Sequence record: SRR20825019_97
DNA: 64,000 nucleotides
Strand: one strand, 5' to 3'
Shown here: one piece after another, positions 50,570 to 60,792 of the stretch
Layout of the letters: every line of letters begins with the position of its first letter
Position numbering within the stretch: the first letter of the stretch is position 1
Made by a program: the position numbers and the translations under genes
The notes under the pieces: model-generated
Told to the model about the DNA's origin: nothing
Seen by the model: the letters and a program-made list of their open reading frames with translations, nothing else
Database searches by the model: none

Positions 50570-51526
50570 TCAACGCTGACCTTCGGCCTTAGTCAACGCT
50601 TCCTCGCTGAGAAATTCCCGATAATATTGGGGAACGCTATATCGCAGCCCGAGCTCCGCAAACAGTGCTTGCATGTCGCCGGATTTCACCAGGTCACCGA
50701 TAATGGCTTCGATCGCATAACCGAGCTGGCGATGGGTATGCTTGATGGCCATGCCCACGTCCCAGACCTGCTTGCCGATACCCGGGAAGCCGTTCCCTGC
50801 CAGCTGAAATTCGGTATTTCCAGGGCGCCCAAGCTCATGATCGATCTCGGCGCGCATGCCCATAACGGCACTTACCGTGCCATCGCGCATCGCGTTGAAA
50901 GACTCGCGAACATTAGGGTAATGCCTGACCTGCTCACGCATGCGACCCTGCAAGCCGGAGCTCAGATAGAAGTCCGGAAGGGTGTCGATCTCTACGCCGA
51001 TCGGGTGATACTGGAACTTGGCGACGGTGTCGACGCCTTCGATCTTTTCGGGGTTGAAGGCAATTTGCCAGGTTTCCTGCTGGTAGGGGCCGAACAGCAC
51101 CACCTGTTCGTTGATGTATTCCCCGGTGGAATCCTGCATGTAGGCATATTGCTTGTCATAAGGCACCCGCATCATCACGTCTGCCAGCCGGCGCTTGGCG
51201 AGGTAGTGCCCTTTCCAGACATTGTTTCTGAGGTCATCCCCCAGGTTTTCATCAGGCACAATCCAGTGCACCCGGAATTCAACGCCCATGGCCTCGGCAA
51301 TCTGCTTGCCCACTTCCACGTCAATGCCACGGGGTTCTCCGTTCACCTCGTAGGAGTACGGCGGGAAGTTTTCATAAACACCGACTTTCAGATAACCGGA
51401 TTCGAGAATGATGTCGTAGGTTCGGTCCGCAGGCCTGTTCAGCAACGGATCGCCGTCGTCCACTTCCTGCGCCGGGACCACCTGGAAAAACAGCATCAGT
51501 ACGATAATACGGGACAGTGTTTTCAT
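50570..51526 (-). CDS. Periplasmic substrate-binding-type protein associated with quinoprotein ADH (PedG-like)
   Basis: Signal peptide; VGVYENFPPYS, GIDVE, DDLRN; lies between cytochrome c550 and pedH. Confidence 0.75.
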   Translation of the reverse strand: MKTLSRIIVLMLFFQVVPAQEVDDGDPLLNRPADRTYDIILESGYLKVGVYENFPPYSYEVNGEPRGIDVEVGKQIAEAMGVEFRVHWIVPDENLGDDLRNNVWKGHYLAKRRLADVMMRVPYDKQYAYMQDSTGEYINEQVVLFGPYQQETWQIAFNPEKIEGVDTVAKFQYHPIGVEIDTLPDFYLSSGLQGRMREQVRHYPNVRESFNAMRDGTVSAVMGMRAEIDHELGRPGNTEFQLAGNGFPGIGKQVWDVGMAIKHTHRQLGYAIEAIIGDLVKSGDMQALFAELGLRYSVPQYYREFLSEEALTKAEGQR

Positions 51527-51602
51527 TGTTTTCTCCCCAACGACGTCAGGCCGGCACAGGGCCGGCCTGAGTACAGGCTTTGTGTGAACATCCGTGAGGC
51601 GA

Positions 51603-52031
51603 TCATTCCGGCTTCGGCAGAGACTCCACATAAGTCCGAATGGCCCATATGGCGTTCTGGTCCAGTGTCTTCTTCCAGGCGGGCATGCCCCTGTCAGTGC
51701 CGTTGAGCACTCGGGTAACGTAATACTCGTCATCCCACTCGGTCAGCTCACGCAAGTCGGGCGTCAGGCCGCCGGACATAGCGCGGATACCGTGGCAGCC
51801 TGCGCAGTTGCCGGCGTACGCACTCTCTCCCACGGTCACGGCCTGGGCATTGTGCTTGCCATACTCATTGCCTTCCCGAAACGGGTTCTGCGATCGCACT
51901 TCGTCACCGAGTTCAGGCAGGTCACCAGTGTCCACCTCCTGTGGAGTCACGTTGCCGTGAGCCATTACCAGACCAGCAGCTCCCAAAAGAGCGGCTGCCA
52001 GCAGCGTGTGAAGTGAAAAGGACGTGGTCAT
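51603..52031 (-). CDS. pedF: Cytochrome c550 (PedF/ExaB)
   Basis: HGNVTPQ, NPFR, heme motif CAGCHG, PDLR, GMPAW. Confidence 0.92.
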   Translation of the reverse strand: MTTSFSLHTLLAAALLGAAGLVMAHGNVTPQEVDTGDLPELGDEVRSQNPFREGNEYGKHNAQAVTVGESAYAGNCAGCHGIRAMSGGLTPDLRELTEWDDEYYVTRVLNGTDRGMPAWKKTLDQNAIWAIRTYVESLPKPE

Positions 52032-52397
52032 TGTTGCTACCTCTGCTATTTGATTCCTCATCCATTGGCTGTTGGTTTTGTCAGGCGCCAATGTGCTTGC
52101 TCCCAGTCTAGGAATCGCACCGCTCAATCCGAATGCCACTTTGGAGGTTTTGGTGTAGTTCCTTGGTAGTAGACGCAGAGAGCGAAGGCCAAAGCATGAG
52201 ATGGAAAGGCAGTGTCTAAAAACTGCCCGTTTCTCAGCTACAAGCGCGCATATCGGGATATTTTCCCGGGTTTTTCTGGTTTTTTCCCGGATCCAGCATG
52301 GGAATTTCCGTCGCCTGGCGTTGGCTACGCAGCTAATACTCAGTGCGTCGACGTCGAAGCAGGGCGTTAGTCACAACAAAAACCAAGGGGAACATGT

Positions 52398-54251
52398 ATG
52401 AAAACCACCAAAGAAAAGCATCCGCTTATACGCGGGATCAGCCTGGCACTGATGCTGGGTTCATCAGCCGCTCTGTCACTTCAGGTGCACGCCAAAGACG
52501 TGACGTGGGACGACATCGCCAACGATGCACAAACCACGGAAAACGTACTTGGCTACGGCATCGGCCCCAAGGCACAACGTTACAGCCCGATGACCACTGT
52601 TAATCGCGAGAACGTTGAGCGCCTGGTTCCGGCCTGGTCTTTCTCATTCGGCGACGAGAAGCAGCGGGGGCAGGAATCGCAGGCGCTGATTCACGACGGC
52701 GTTATCTATATCACCGGTTCCTATTCCAGAATCTACGCCCTGGACGCCAAAACCGGAGACAAACTCTGGGAATACAATCACCGCCTGCCCGAGGGCATCC
52801 GCCCGTGCTGCGACGTTGTGAACCGGGGCGCAGCCATCTTCGGTGACAAGGTCTTCTTTGGCACCCTTGACGCCGGCATCGTTGCCCTAAACAAGGACAC
52901 TGGCAAGGTAGCCTGGCGGGAAAAGTTCGCCGACCACGAAGCAGGCTACACCATGACCGGGGCTCCAACCCTGGTGAAAGACCAGAAGTCCGGCAAGGTA
53001 CTGCTGATTCACGGGTCGTCCGGGGATGAGTTCGGCGTTGTGGGCAAACTGTTTGCGCGTGACCCTGATACCGGCGAAGAAATCTGGATGCGCCCATTCG
53101 TGGAGGGGCATTATGGTCGCCTGAATGGCGAGAAAAGCACACCGACCGGCGATCCTCGTGCACCGAGCTGGCCTGACGATCCCAACACCGAAACTGGAAA
53201 GGTCGAGGCCTGGAGCCACGGTGGCGGTGCCCCCTGGCAGAGCGCGAGCTTCGATGCCGACACCAATACCATCATCATCGGCGCCGGCAACCCCGCCCCA
53301 TGGAACACCTGGAAGCGCACATCACCCGGTGGCGACCCCGCCGACTACGACAACCTGTACACGTCCGGGCAGGTCGGCGTAGACCCGTCCACTGGCGAAG
53401 TGAAATGGTTCTACCAGCACACACCCAACGATGCCTGGGACTTCTCGGGCAACAACGAACTGGTGCTTTTTGAATACGATGAGGACGGGGAGACCGTAAA
53501 AGCGACAGCGCACGCCGATCGCAATGGGTTCTTCTACGTTGTTGACCGTACCAACGGCGATTTCAAAAAAGGTTTCCCGTTCGTAGACAATATTACCTGG
53601 GCTGAAGGGATTGGCGAGGACGGTCGTCCAATCGAAGCCGAAGGCCAGCGCCCGCCACCCGTAGCTGAAGGCGAAACCCGCGGCAAATCCATCGAAGTTT
53701 CCCCGCCCTTCCTCGGTGGCAAAAACTGGAACCCTATGGCCTACAGCCAGGATACCGGTCTGTTCTACGTGCCAGCCAACCACTGGAAAGAGGATTACTG
53801 GACCGAGGAGGTCACTTACAAAGAAGGCGCGGCCTACCTGGGTCAGGGGTTCCGCATCAAGCGCATGTATGACGACCATGTGGGTATCCTCCGTGCCATG
53901 AACCCCATCACCGGCGACATTGAATGGGAGCATAAGGAAAATATGCCCCTGTGGGCAGGTGTTCTAACCACCAAGGGCGGCCTGGTATTCACAGGCACGG
54001 GAGACGGGTTCCTCAAGGCCTTTGATGCCGAAACCGGCGAAGAACTCTGGAAGTTCCAGACCGGCTCCGGAATCATTTCGTCTCCGATCACCTGGGAGAT
54101 GGACGGTGAGCAGTATATCGGCATTGCCTCTGGCTACGGCGGTGCAGTGCCACTGTGGGGCGGCGACATGGCTGAGCTGACCAAGCCCATTTCTCAAGGC
54201 GGGTCATTCTGGGTGTTCAAGATGCCCTCCTGGGCACAGGCTTCCCGCTAA
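52398..54251 (+). CDS. exaA: PQQ-dependent ethanol dehydrogenase, Ca2+-type (PedE/ExaA)
   Basis: [19 protein letters not shown], active site WDFSGNNE (Ser in place of the lanthanide-binding Asp). Confidence 0.92.
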   Translation: MKTTKEKHPLIRGISLALMLGSSAALSLQVHAKDVTWDDIANDAQTTENVLGYGIGPKAQRYSPMTTVNRENVERLVPAWSFSFGDEKQRGQESQALIHDGVIYITGSYSRIYALDAKTGDKLWEYNHRLPEGIRPCCDVVNRGAAIFGDKVFFGTLDAGIVALNKDTGKVAWREKFADHEAGYTMTGAPTLVKDQKSGKVLLIHGSSGDEFGVVGKLFARDPDTGEEIWMRPFVEGHYGRLNGEKSTPTGDPRAPSWPDDPNTETGKVEAWSHGGGAPWQSASFDADTNTIIIGAGNPAPWNTWKRTSPGGDPADYDNLYTSGQVGVDPSTGEVKWFYQHTPNDAWDFSGNNELVLFEYDEDGETVKATAHADRNGFFYVVDRTNGDFKKGFPFVDNITWAEGIGEDGRPIEAEGQRPPPVAEGETRGKSIEVSPPFLGGKNWNPMAYSQDTGLFYVPANHWKEDYWTEEVTYKEGAAYLGQGFRIKRMYDDHVGILRAMNPITGDIEWEHKENMPLWAGVLTTKGGLVFTGTGDGFLKAFDAETGEELWKFQTGSGIISSPITWEMDGEQYIGIASGYGGAVPLWGGDMAELTKPISQGGSFWVFKMPSWAQASR

Positions 54252-54265
54252 CCAACCTCCGACCT

Positions 54266-54296
54266 GGGTCTGGCTTCACGCCAGGCCCCTTTTTTC
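54266..54296 (+). terminator. Terminator after exaA/pedE
   Basis: GGGTCTGGC-ttcac-GCCAGGCCC followed by a T tract. Confidence 0.8.
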
Positions 54297-54320
54297 AGCA
54301 TCTGTTCGGGAGTGACCACC

Positions 54321-54974
54321 ATGAAACTCGCTATTACGGTGTCCATGATTACGTTGTGCTCACAGGCAATTGCCGATGATTACTTGGCGGGCCAAAACCA
54401 GGCCCCCACGATCAATGGCTGCGTTCTTGAGCGGCAGGCCCAGTGTCCTGGAGCGGATCTTCAGGGCGCCGATCTGTCCAACATGGACTTACGTTCCGCT
54501 GATTTCAAAGGCGCCAACCTGTCAGGAGCCAACCTGAGCCATACAAGCCTCAGAGGTGCCAATCTGGATGGAGCAAGTCTGGACAACGTCGTTGGCTACC
54601 GTTTGCAGGCCTACCGAGCAAGCATGCGGGGAGCATCGCTGAAAAATGCAGATCTTCAGGGCATGCAGGGGCAATACCTTTTTGCCCAGGGGGCTGACTT
54701 TAGCGGCTCGAATCTAACGGGGGCCAATTTCGATTTCTCGAGGTTCTCAGGCGCTTCATTGCAGAACGCCAATCTCGCCTTCAGTAGTTTTGAAATCTCC
54801 TGGCTGCCAAAAGCCGACCTGAAAGGTGCCAATCTTCAGGGAGCCAACCTTCAGGAGGCCAAGCTCGGCCTGGCCAACCTGTCTGACGCCAATCTCACCG
54901 GAACCCGGATACATTACGCGACGTTCGAGGGCACCTACATGGAAGGCTGCACGGCCTGCCCTTTCGATTGGTAA
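54321..54974 (+). CDS. Secreted pentapeptide-repeat protein (PedD-like)
   Basis: Signal peptide, INGC...QCPGADL, many A(N/D)Lxx repeats, terminal GCTACPFDW. Confidence 0.92.
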   Translation: MKLAITVSMITLCSQAIADDYLAGQNQAPTINGCVLERQAQCPGADLQGADLSNMDLRSADFKGANLSGANLSHTSLRGANLDGASLDNVVGYRLQAYRASMRGASLKNADLQGMQGQYLFAQGADFSGSNLTGANFDFSRFSGASLQNANLAFSSFEISWLPKADLKGANLQGANLQEAKLGLANLSDANLTGTRIHYATFEGTYMEGCTACPFDW

Positions 54975-54988
54975 TGGTGAGAGCGGGC

Positions 54989-55645
54989 TCACACCCGCTG
55001 GCCTTCTCCCAATTGACCGTACCGAATCAGACCGGCATCCACAGCCAGGTGAATCAACTCCACTGACGAGGCCACCTGCAGTTTGCTTTTCAATACCGCC
55101 AGATGGTTGGAAACCGTTTTATTGCTAACACACAGGCGCCCGGAAATCCCCGGAACACTCTCCCCCCGGGCATACATCAGCAAAACTTCCATCTCCCGCT
55201 GTGTGATATCGCGCAGACGGTGATCCACCGGTCTTTCCTGATTTATAGCCAGCCGGGTCGCAATCGGGTGCTCGATGTAGGGTTGGCCCGCCGCTACCCG
55301 TTTGACCGCTTCCGCCAATTCTTCGGGGGCGCAACTCTTGGATACAAACCCCAGCCCACCAACATCCAGGGCCTGGCGCACCATTGGTAGTTCATCGTGC
55401 ATGGTAAAGAACAGAATGGCGGCGCTGCGCCAGCGCTGACGAAGTCGGCGCCCCACTTCCAGGCCAGAGATATCCGGCAACCCCATATCCAGCAGCACGA
55501 CATTCGGCTGGTGGTCCGCGTAACGGGCAACCGCATCCTGTCCTGTTTCCACTTCGACAATGGCGACGGCGGGTATCATCGACCTCAGCAGGTTGGCAAT
55601 CCCCTGACGCACAACCTGATGGTCATCAACGATCATCAGTTTCAC
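54989..55645 (-). CDS. NarL/LuxR response regulator (PedR2/ExaE-like)
   Basis: VDDHQVVRQG, LLDMGLP, FTMH, VSKS, HTH TQREMEV...SNKTVSNH. Confidence 0.9.
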   Translation of the reverse strand: MKLMIVDDHQVVRQGIANLLRSMIPAVAIVEVETGQDAVARYADHQPNVVLLDMGLPDISGLEVGRRLRQRWRSAAILFFTMHDELPMVRQALDVGGLGFVSKSCAPEELAEAVKRVAAGQPYIEHPIATRLAINQERPVDHRLRDITQREMEVLLMYARGESVPGISGRLCVSNKTVSNHLAVLKSKLQVASSVELIHLAVDAGLIRYGQLGEGQRV

Positions 55646-56871
55646 ACGGCACCTCCTGGCGCTGTAATGGATTCAGACAAAGGCACCGCAAGGCGTATTC
55701 GTGTGCCTTCACCCACCTTGCTGGAAAATTGCACCTTTCCGCCGAGGCATCGCGCCCGCTCACGCATGGAGCGAATGCCCAGGCCCGCCTTCGCGGGAAA
55801 GTTCTCTGCACCGGCTCCGTCGTCCCGAATGTCAATCCGCAGTCCATCGGAATGTTGAGCAACCGCCAGTATTGCGCAGCGGGCTCTGGCGTGTCGGGAT
55901 ATGTTGTTCAGCGCCTCCTGAAGGAAACGATAGAGATGTGTCTGCTGCTCATCGGTGAGTTGCGGCAGTTGCGTATCCATATCAAGCCGACAGTCCAGCC
56001 CGCTCAACTGCTGCCACTGTTCCGCCAGGTGTCGAATGGCGCTGTCCAGGCCAAGTTGCTCCATCACCAATGGGTGCAGATCCTGCAACAAATGGCGGAA
56101 ATGCTGTTGCACGGTTTCACAGTGTCCCGCTAGATCTTTTGCCTGTTGCTTCTGTCGTTCGTTCAATTCGGGGTCGTACACCCAGCTTCGCGCCTGCGCA
56201 CGAATACCGGTGAGATACTGGCCAAGATCATCGTGCAAGACACGGGCAATATGTGATCGCTCCCGGTCCTGTAACTGCAGCAGTTCGTTCAGCAGGTGGC
56301 TGACGGTTTTCTGTTCCTTTTCCAGCGCGGTGGCCATTGCATTGAACCGACCGGCCAGAGTATCCAGTTCTCGGATACTCTGCCTTGGCAGCCTGGACGT
56401 CAGCTCCCCCCCGGCCACAGCCTCCAGAGCGCTTGCCAATGAAACCAGGGGCCGAAGCCCCTGCCTGACCATTCCGTAGAGTGCCATGAAGCACAAAACC
56501 ATACCCACTGCGTAGGAAAAGGAAACCAACAGGAACCCTTCCCAGATTTCCTCTACCTCATCAGCGGGGTCAATACTCCAGCCATTGACCGAAGGAAAAG
56601 ACATCTGTCCCGACACCATGGACGAAAACCAGGAAGGCACATGCCCATGGTCTCCTGTCTTTCCGGCCACTGGCTTTATGTGCCGCATATTCTCAACCAC
56701 AGTAGCCGGCAGACCTTGAGGATCGCCCAAACTTTTCGCCAGACCTGACACGCCGGTGAGCTCACGCTGAACGTCGTGCTGCGCCTGCCCAATGTACAAC
56801 GCAGCACCCAGCAGATACACGACAACAAATACCGCCAGCATGGTCAGGGAAATTTTCCGGTAAGCCGTCAT
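55642..56871 (-). CDS. HAMP / HisKA_3 sensor kinase (PedS2/ExaD-like)
   Basis: 2 TM segments, HAMP, ERSHIARVLHDDLGQYL, QEALNNISRHA, GLGIRSMRERA. Confidence 0.9.
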   Translation of the reverse strand: MTAYRKISLTMLAVFVVVYLLGAALYIGQAQHDVQRELTGVSGLAKSLGDPQGLPATVVENMRHIKPVAGKTGDHGHVPSWFSSMVSGQMSFPSVNGWSIDPADEVEEIWEGFLLVSFSYAVGMVLCFMALYGMVRQGLRPLVSLASALEAVAGGELTSRLPRQSIRELDTLAGRFNAMATALEKEQKTVSHLLNELLQLQDRERSHIARVLHDDLGQYLTGIRAQARSWVYDPELNERQKQQAKDLAGHCETVQQHFRHLLQDLHPLVMEQLGLDSAIRHLAEQWQQLSGLDCRLDMDTQLPQLTDEQQTHLYRFLQEALNNISRHARARCAILAVAQHSDGLRIDIRDDGAGAENFPAKAGLGIRSMRERARCLGGKVQFSSKVGEGTRIRLAVPLSESITAPGGAV

Positions 56872-57035
56872 TATTTTGGTCCAGTCAAAGGCTTTGGCAC
56901 CTATACCAATCATGCTAAACGCCCTATTTCTGACCGGAATAGTTCTTTAGTACCGGCACTTTCCTACTTTCTGAATATTTCCGGGACTTTTTCCCTTCTC
57001 TAAGCTGGAAGCACAACAATAAACCGGAGAACTTC

Positions 57036-58208
57036 ATGTCTCTTTTGTTCAGGACTGCAACCGCAATACTGGCAGCCATCCTCAGCACGGCCCCGCTGAA
57101 AGCAGACGGTCTTGAGGTACGTATCGGTTATGTGCAATGGCTTCCCGACCAGGGCCCGGTTTTGTCCAATGTCCTTCCCGAACCGGAAGACGCCGGCCTG
57201 AAAGGCGCGGAGCTGGGCATGCAGGACAACAGCACCACCGGGAAGTTTCTCGGGCAGACCTACACCCTGGAAAGCAGGGTTGCCGACTCGGAAGCCGAGG
57301 CGATGGCCGCCTTCGACCAACTCCGTGAGTCCGGTATCGAACTCGTCGTGGTGAACGCTCCGGCACAGACATTGAAGAGAATGACCGCAACGTCGGGCGC
57401 GGACACACTTCTGTTCAATGCCGGTTCAAAAGCGGACGAGCTTCGAACCATCGAATGCAACGCCAACCTGCTCCACACCATGCCCAGCTACGCCATGCTG
57501 ACGGACGCACTGGCACAGTGGCTGAACCAACGGCGCTGGAACGAGATTTTCTTGATTACCGGGCCCACTGACGACGACAAAGGCTGGGCCAATGCCTTTC
57601 GCAGATCTGCCAAGCGCTTCGGTTTGGAAGTTATTGAAGACAAACCATGGACCTTTGACGCCGACCTTCGCCGCACCGCCTCCAGGGAACTGCCGTTGTT
57701 TACCCAGGCCAGCGATTACGATGCCGTTGTGGTGGCCGATGTTCGAGGCGATTTTGGCGAGTACGTGCCTTTTAATACATGGCTGCCGCGACCTGTCGTC
57801 GGCACTCAGGGAATGTCTCCCGTCACCTGGCACCGGGTGGTAGAAAGCTGGGGCGCCGCTCAACTGCAAAGCCGCTTCCGTGATCTGGCTGGCCGCGACA
57901 TGAACGGCGAGGACTATGCCACTTGGGCAGCCATTCGCTCCATCGGTACAGCCGTCACTGACTTGGGTGACGCAAGCCCCAACGCAATCCGAAATTTCCT
58001 GTTCAGCGACAAATTCCAGCTTGCCGCCTTCAAGGGCCGCAAGCTGACTTATCGCGGTTGGAACGGCCAACTTCGACAGCCAATTCCCCTGATTCATCCA
58101 CGGGGACTGGTTGCCAGGGCACCGTTCGAGGGGTTTCTGCATCCCAACACGAACATGGACACGCTCGGTTTCGACGAACCCGAGAGCAACTGTCGCATAA
58201 ACGGCTGA
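57036..58208 (+). CDS. ABC transporter substrate-binding protein, PQQ-ADH associated (PedA1-like)
   Basis: Signal peptide, DNSTTGKFLGQ, PRPVVG, WHRVVESWGAAQLQSRF, DTLGFDEPES.C. Confidence 0.88.
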   Translation: MSLLFRTATAILAAILSTAPLKADGLEVRIGYVQWLPDQGPVLSNVLPEPEDAGLKGAELGMQDNSTTGKFLGQTYTLESRVADSEAEAMAAFDQLRESGIELVVVNAPAQTLKRMTATSGADTLLFNAGSKADELRTIECNANLLHTMPSYAMLTDALAQWLNQRRWNEIFLITGPTDDDKGWANAFRRSAKRFGLEVIEDKPWTFDADLRRTASRELPLFTQASDYDAVVVADVRGDFGEYVPFNTWLPRPVVGTQGMSPVTWHRVVESWGAAQLQSRFRDLAGRDMNGEDYATWAAIRSIGTAVTDLGDASPNAIRNFLFSDKFQLAAFKGRKLTYRGWNGQLRQPIPLIHPRGLVARAPFEGFLHPNTNMDTLGFDEPESNCRING

Positions 58209-58250
58209 CCGCTCTGGCGGAAGCTTTCCATAACAAGAAGGAGTTACATC

Positions 58251-59225
58251 ATGAAGTCTCTGCTCAAGCACACCGCTCTGGCCGCTATAGTCGGCCTGTC
58301 GACACCGGCCATGGCCAGCCTTGCCTACGTGTCCAACGAAAAAGACAACACCCTTTCCATCATCGACACCGAGACTCAGGAAGTTGTTGAGACCATTGAT
58401 GTGGGCCAGCGGCCACGGGGCATCCTGTTGTCCAAGGACCACACCAAGCTTTATATCTGCGCCAGTGACGACGATACTGTGCAGGTGCTGGATCTGGCGA
58501 CCCGCAAGATCGTCGACACCCTGCCCTCCGGTGAAGATCCCGAACAGTTCTCACTTCACCCGAACAACAAGCATCTGTACATCGCCAACGAGGACGACGC
58601 CATCGTGACCGTGGTGGATGTGGACACAAAAGACGTCCTGGCCCAGATTGACGTCGGTATAGAGCCGGAAGGCATGGCTGTAAGCCCGAACGGAAAATGG
58701 GCGGTCAACACCAGTGAAACCACCAGCATGCTGCACTGGATCAACACCGAGACTTTTGAGATTGAAAAGAACATCGTTGTCGGGCAACGCCCCCGCCACG
58801 TGGAATTCAGCAAAGACAGCAAGATTGCCTGGGCTTCGGCGGAAATCGGCGGCACCGTGCACATCATCGATGTGGACAATCTGGAGCAGATCCATGAGAT
58901 GTCGTTCAAGGTTCCTGGCGTGAATCAGGACCGCGTTCAGCCCGTCGGTATCGAGCTGACCTCCGATGGCAAATACGCCTTCGTAGCGCTCGGCCCATCA
59001 AATCATGTTGCAGTCGTCGATGCCCAGACTTATGAAGTGTTGGATTATCTACTGGTGGGCAGTCGGGTATGGCAACTGGATCTCGATAAGGATGAGAAAC
59101 ATCTCTATACCACCAACGGCGTTTCAGGAGACGTTTCGGTGATCGATGTCGAAGACCTGAAGGTGATCAAATCCATCAAGGTCGGCCGCTACCCCTGGGG
59201 TGTGGTCATTGATCCGTCCTCATAA
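58251..59225 (+). CDS. YVTN beta-propeller protein (PedA2-like)
   Basis: YVSNE / YIANE / YTTNG repeats; VGQRPRG, VGIEPEG, VGRYPWG. Confidence 0.9.
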   Translation: MKSLLKHTALAAIVGLSTPAMASLAYVSNEKDNTLSIIDTETQEVVETIDVGQRPRGILLSKDHTKLYICASDDDTVQVLDLATRKIVDTLPSGEDPEQFSLHPNNKHLYIANEDDAIVTVVDVDTKDVLAQIDVGIEPEGMAVSPNGKWAVNTSETTSMLHWINTETFEIEKNIVVGQRPRHVEFSKDSKIAWASAEIGGTVHIIDVDNLEQIHEMSFKVPGVNQDRVQPVGIELTSDGKYAFVALGPSNHVAVVDAQTYEVLDYLLVGSRVWQLDLDKDEKHLYTTNGVSGDVSVIDVEDLKVIKSIKVGRYPWGVVIDPSS

Positions 59226-59232
59226 CACCAGC

Positions 59233-59955
59233 ATGACCATTGAAGCCAGCCATATCAGCTTTCGCTACGGCGACAAGCCCGTGCTCAAAGAGGTCAGCTT
59301 CGCGCTGACCTCTGGCCGTTTCCACGCTCTTCTGGGCCCCAACGGCGCCGGCAAGTCCACACTGTTCGGTTTGTTAACCCGGCTTCTGGCGCTCCAACAA
59401 GGCGAACTCCTGCTGGCCGGTCAATCGTTGAAAAAACAGCCATCCGAGGCCATGCGCCAGATTGGTGTGGTGTTCCAGCAGAACGCTCTGGATCTTGATT
59501 TGACCGTGCGCCAGAACCTGCAGTATCACGCCGCGCTGCACGGATTATCTCGCAAAGACGCCCGAACGAGGGGTGATCGCGAGCTGGCTCGTTTTGAACT
59601 GCTGGAGCGCGCCAACGAACCCGTGCGCAAGCTCAATGGCGGCCACCGACGGCGTGTGGAAATTGCCCGGGCCTTGCTTCATGAGCCCTCTCTGTTGCTG
59701 CTTGATGAGCCCACTGTCGGCCTGGATGTGGCAAGTCGCAGAGCGCTCAACGAACATGTTCGCATTCTGTGCGACGAGGCCGGCCTGACCGCGCTGTGGG
59801 CGACGCACATGATCGAGGAGGTGCAACAGGATGACCGGGTGTTGATCCTGCACCAGGGGAAACTGCTGGCCGATGGCTCCGGCCAGGACATTTGCGAAGC
59901 CGAGGGCACCCGGAACCTGGCGGAAACGTTTCACTCGCTGACGGGGGCAGGATAA
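59233..59955 (+). CDS. ABC transporter ATP-binding protein (PedB-like)
   Basis: GPNGAGKST, LNGGHRRR signature variant, LLLDEPTVGLD. Confidence 0.93.
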   Translation: MTIEASHISFRYGDKPVLKEVSFALTSGRFHALLGPNGAGKSTLFGLLTRLLALQQGELLLAGQSLKKQPSEAMRQIGVVFQQNALDLDLTVRQNLQYHAALHGLSRKDARTRGDRELARFELLERANEPVRKLNGGHRRRVEIARALLHEPSLLLLDEPTVGLDVASRRALNEHVRILCDEAGLTALWATHMIEEVQQDDRVLILHQGKLLADGSGQDICEAEGTRNLAETFHSLTGAG

Positions 59956-59957
59956 TC

Positions 59958-60761
59958 ATGAAAGCGGCCCATTACTGGCACTGTTTTGTCGGCATCCAGA
60001 CGCGGGAGTGGTTGCGCTTCTGGCAACAACGCACTCGCTTCGCCAGCGCCCTGGTTCGGCCGCTTCTGTGGCTGGTGGTGTTTGCCGCCGGCTTCCGGGC
60101 GGTGCTGGGCATCTCCATTATTCCGCCCTACCAGACCTACATCACCTACGAGACCTACATCGCCCCCGGACTGTGCGGGATGATCATCCTGTTCAACAGC
60201 ATGCAGGGGGCTCTGTCCATGGTGTATGACCGGGAACTGGGCAGCATGCGGGTTCTATTGATGAGCCCGTTGCCCCGCCCCTTCCTGCTGGTAACCAAGT
60301 TGCTGGCGATGGGCGTAGTGTCGGTCGGGCAGGTGTATGTTTTTCTGCTTCTGGCCCTGCTGGTGGATGTGGAGCCACCATTGTGGGGCTATCTGGCCGT
60401 CTTGCCCGCCTTGATACTAACCAGCCTGATGCTGGGAGCACTGGGCCTGCTAATTGCCACCTGGATCAAGCAGCTGGAAAACTTTGCGGGGGTGATGAAC
60501 TTTGTCATTTTTCCGATGTTCTTCATGTCCTCGGCGCTTTACCCACTGTGGAAAATGAACGAAGCCAGCCCCTGGCTGTACTGGTTTTGCCAGTTCAATC
60601 CGTTCACCCACGCGGTGGAAGCGATCCGGTTCTCGTTGTATCTGGAGTGGAATCCCACCGCCTTCGGCATTACCGCCGGTGTAACGGTCGTGCTGGCACT
60701 TTTGGCAACGGCGGGGTTTCGTCCTCAGAGGACGAAGATACTGGGGACAAAGCCCGCCTGA
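59958..60761 (+). CDS. ABC-2 type permease (PedC-like)
   Basis: SALVRPLLW, MVYDRELGSMR, ENFAGVMNFVIFP, NPFTHAVE. Confidence 0.9.
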   Translation: MKAAHYWHCFVGIQTREWLRFWQQRTRFASALVRPLLWLVVFAAGFRAVLGISIIPPYQTYITYETYIAPGLCGMIILFNSMQGALSMVYDRELGSMRVLLMSPLPRPFLLVTKLLAMGVVSVGQVYVFLLLALLVDVEPPLWGYLAVLPALILTSLMLGALGLLIATWIKQLENFAGVMNFVIFPMFFMSSALYPLWKMNEASPWLYWFCQFNPFTHAVEAIRFSLYLEWNPTAFGITAGVTVVLALLATAGFRPQRTKILGTKPA

Positions 60762-60792
60762 CCGAGAGGCGTTCGGCAGGCAGGATACCGGC

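Noticed and set aside
50627-51706. 359-aa plus-strand ORF (also 57426-58442 on the minus strand)
   Set aside because: Antisense shadows of well-supported genes.
54440-54910. Recurrent GCCAA(T/C)CT-like DNA repeats
   Set aside because: Explained by pentapeptide-repeat coding; not a CRISPR array or other repeat element.
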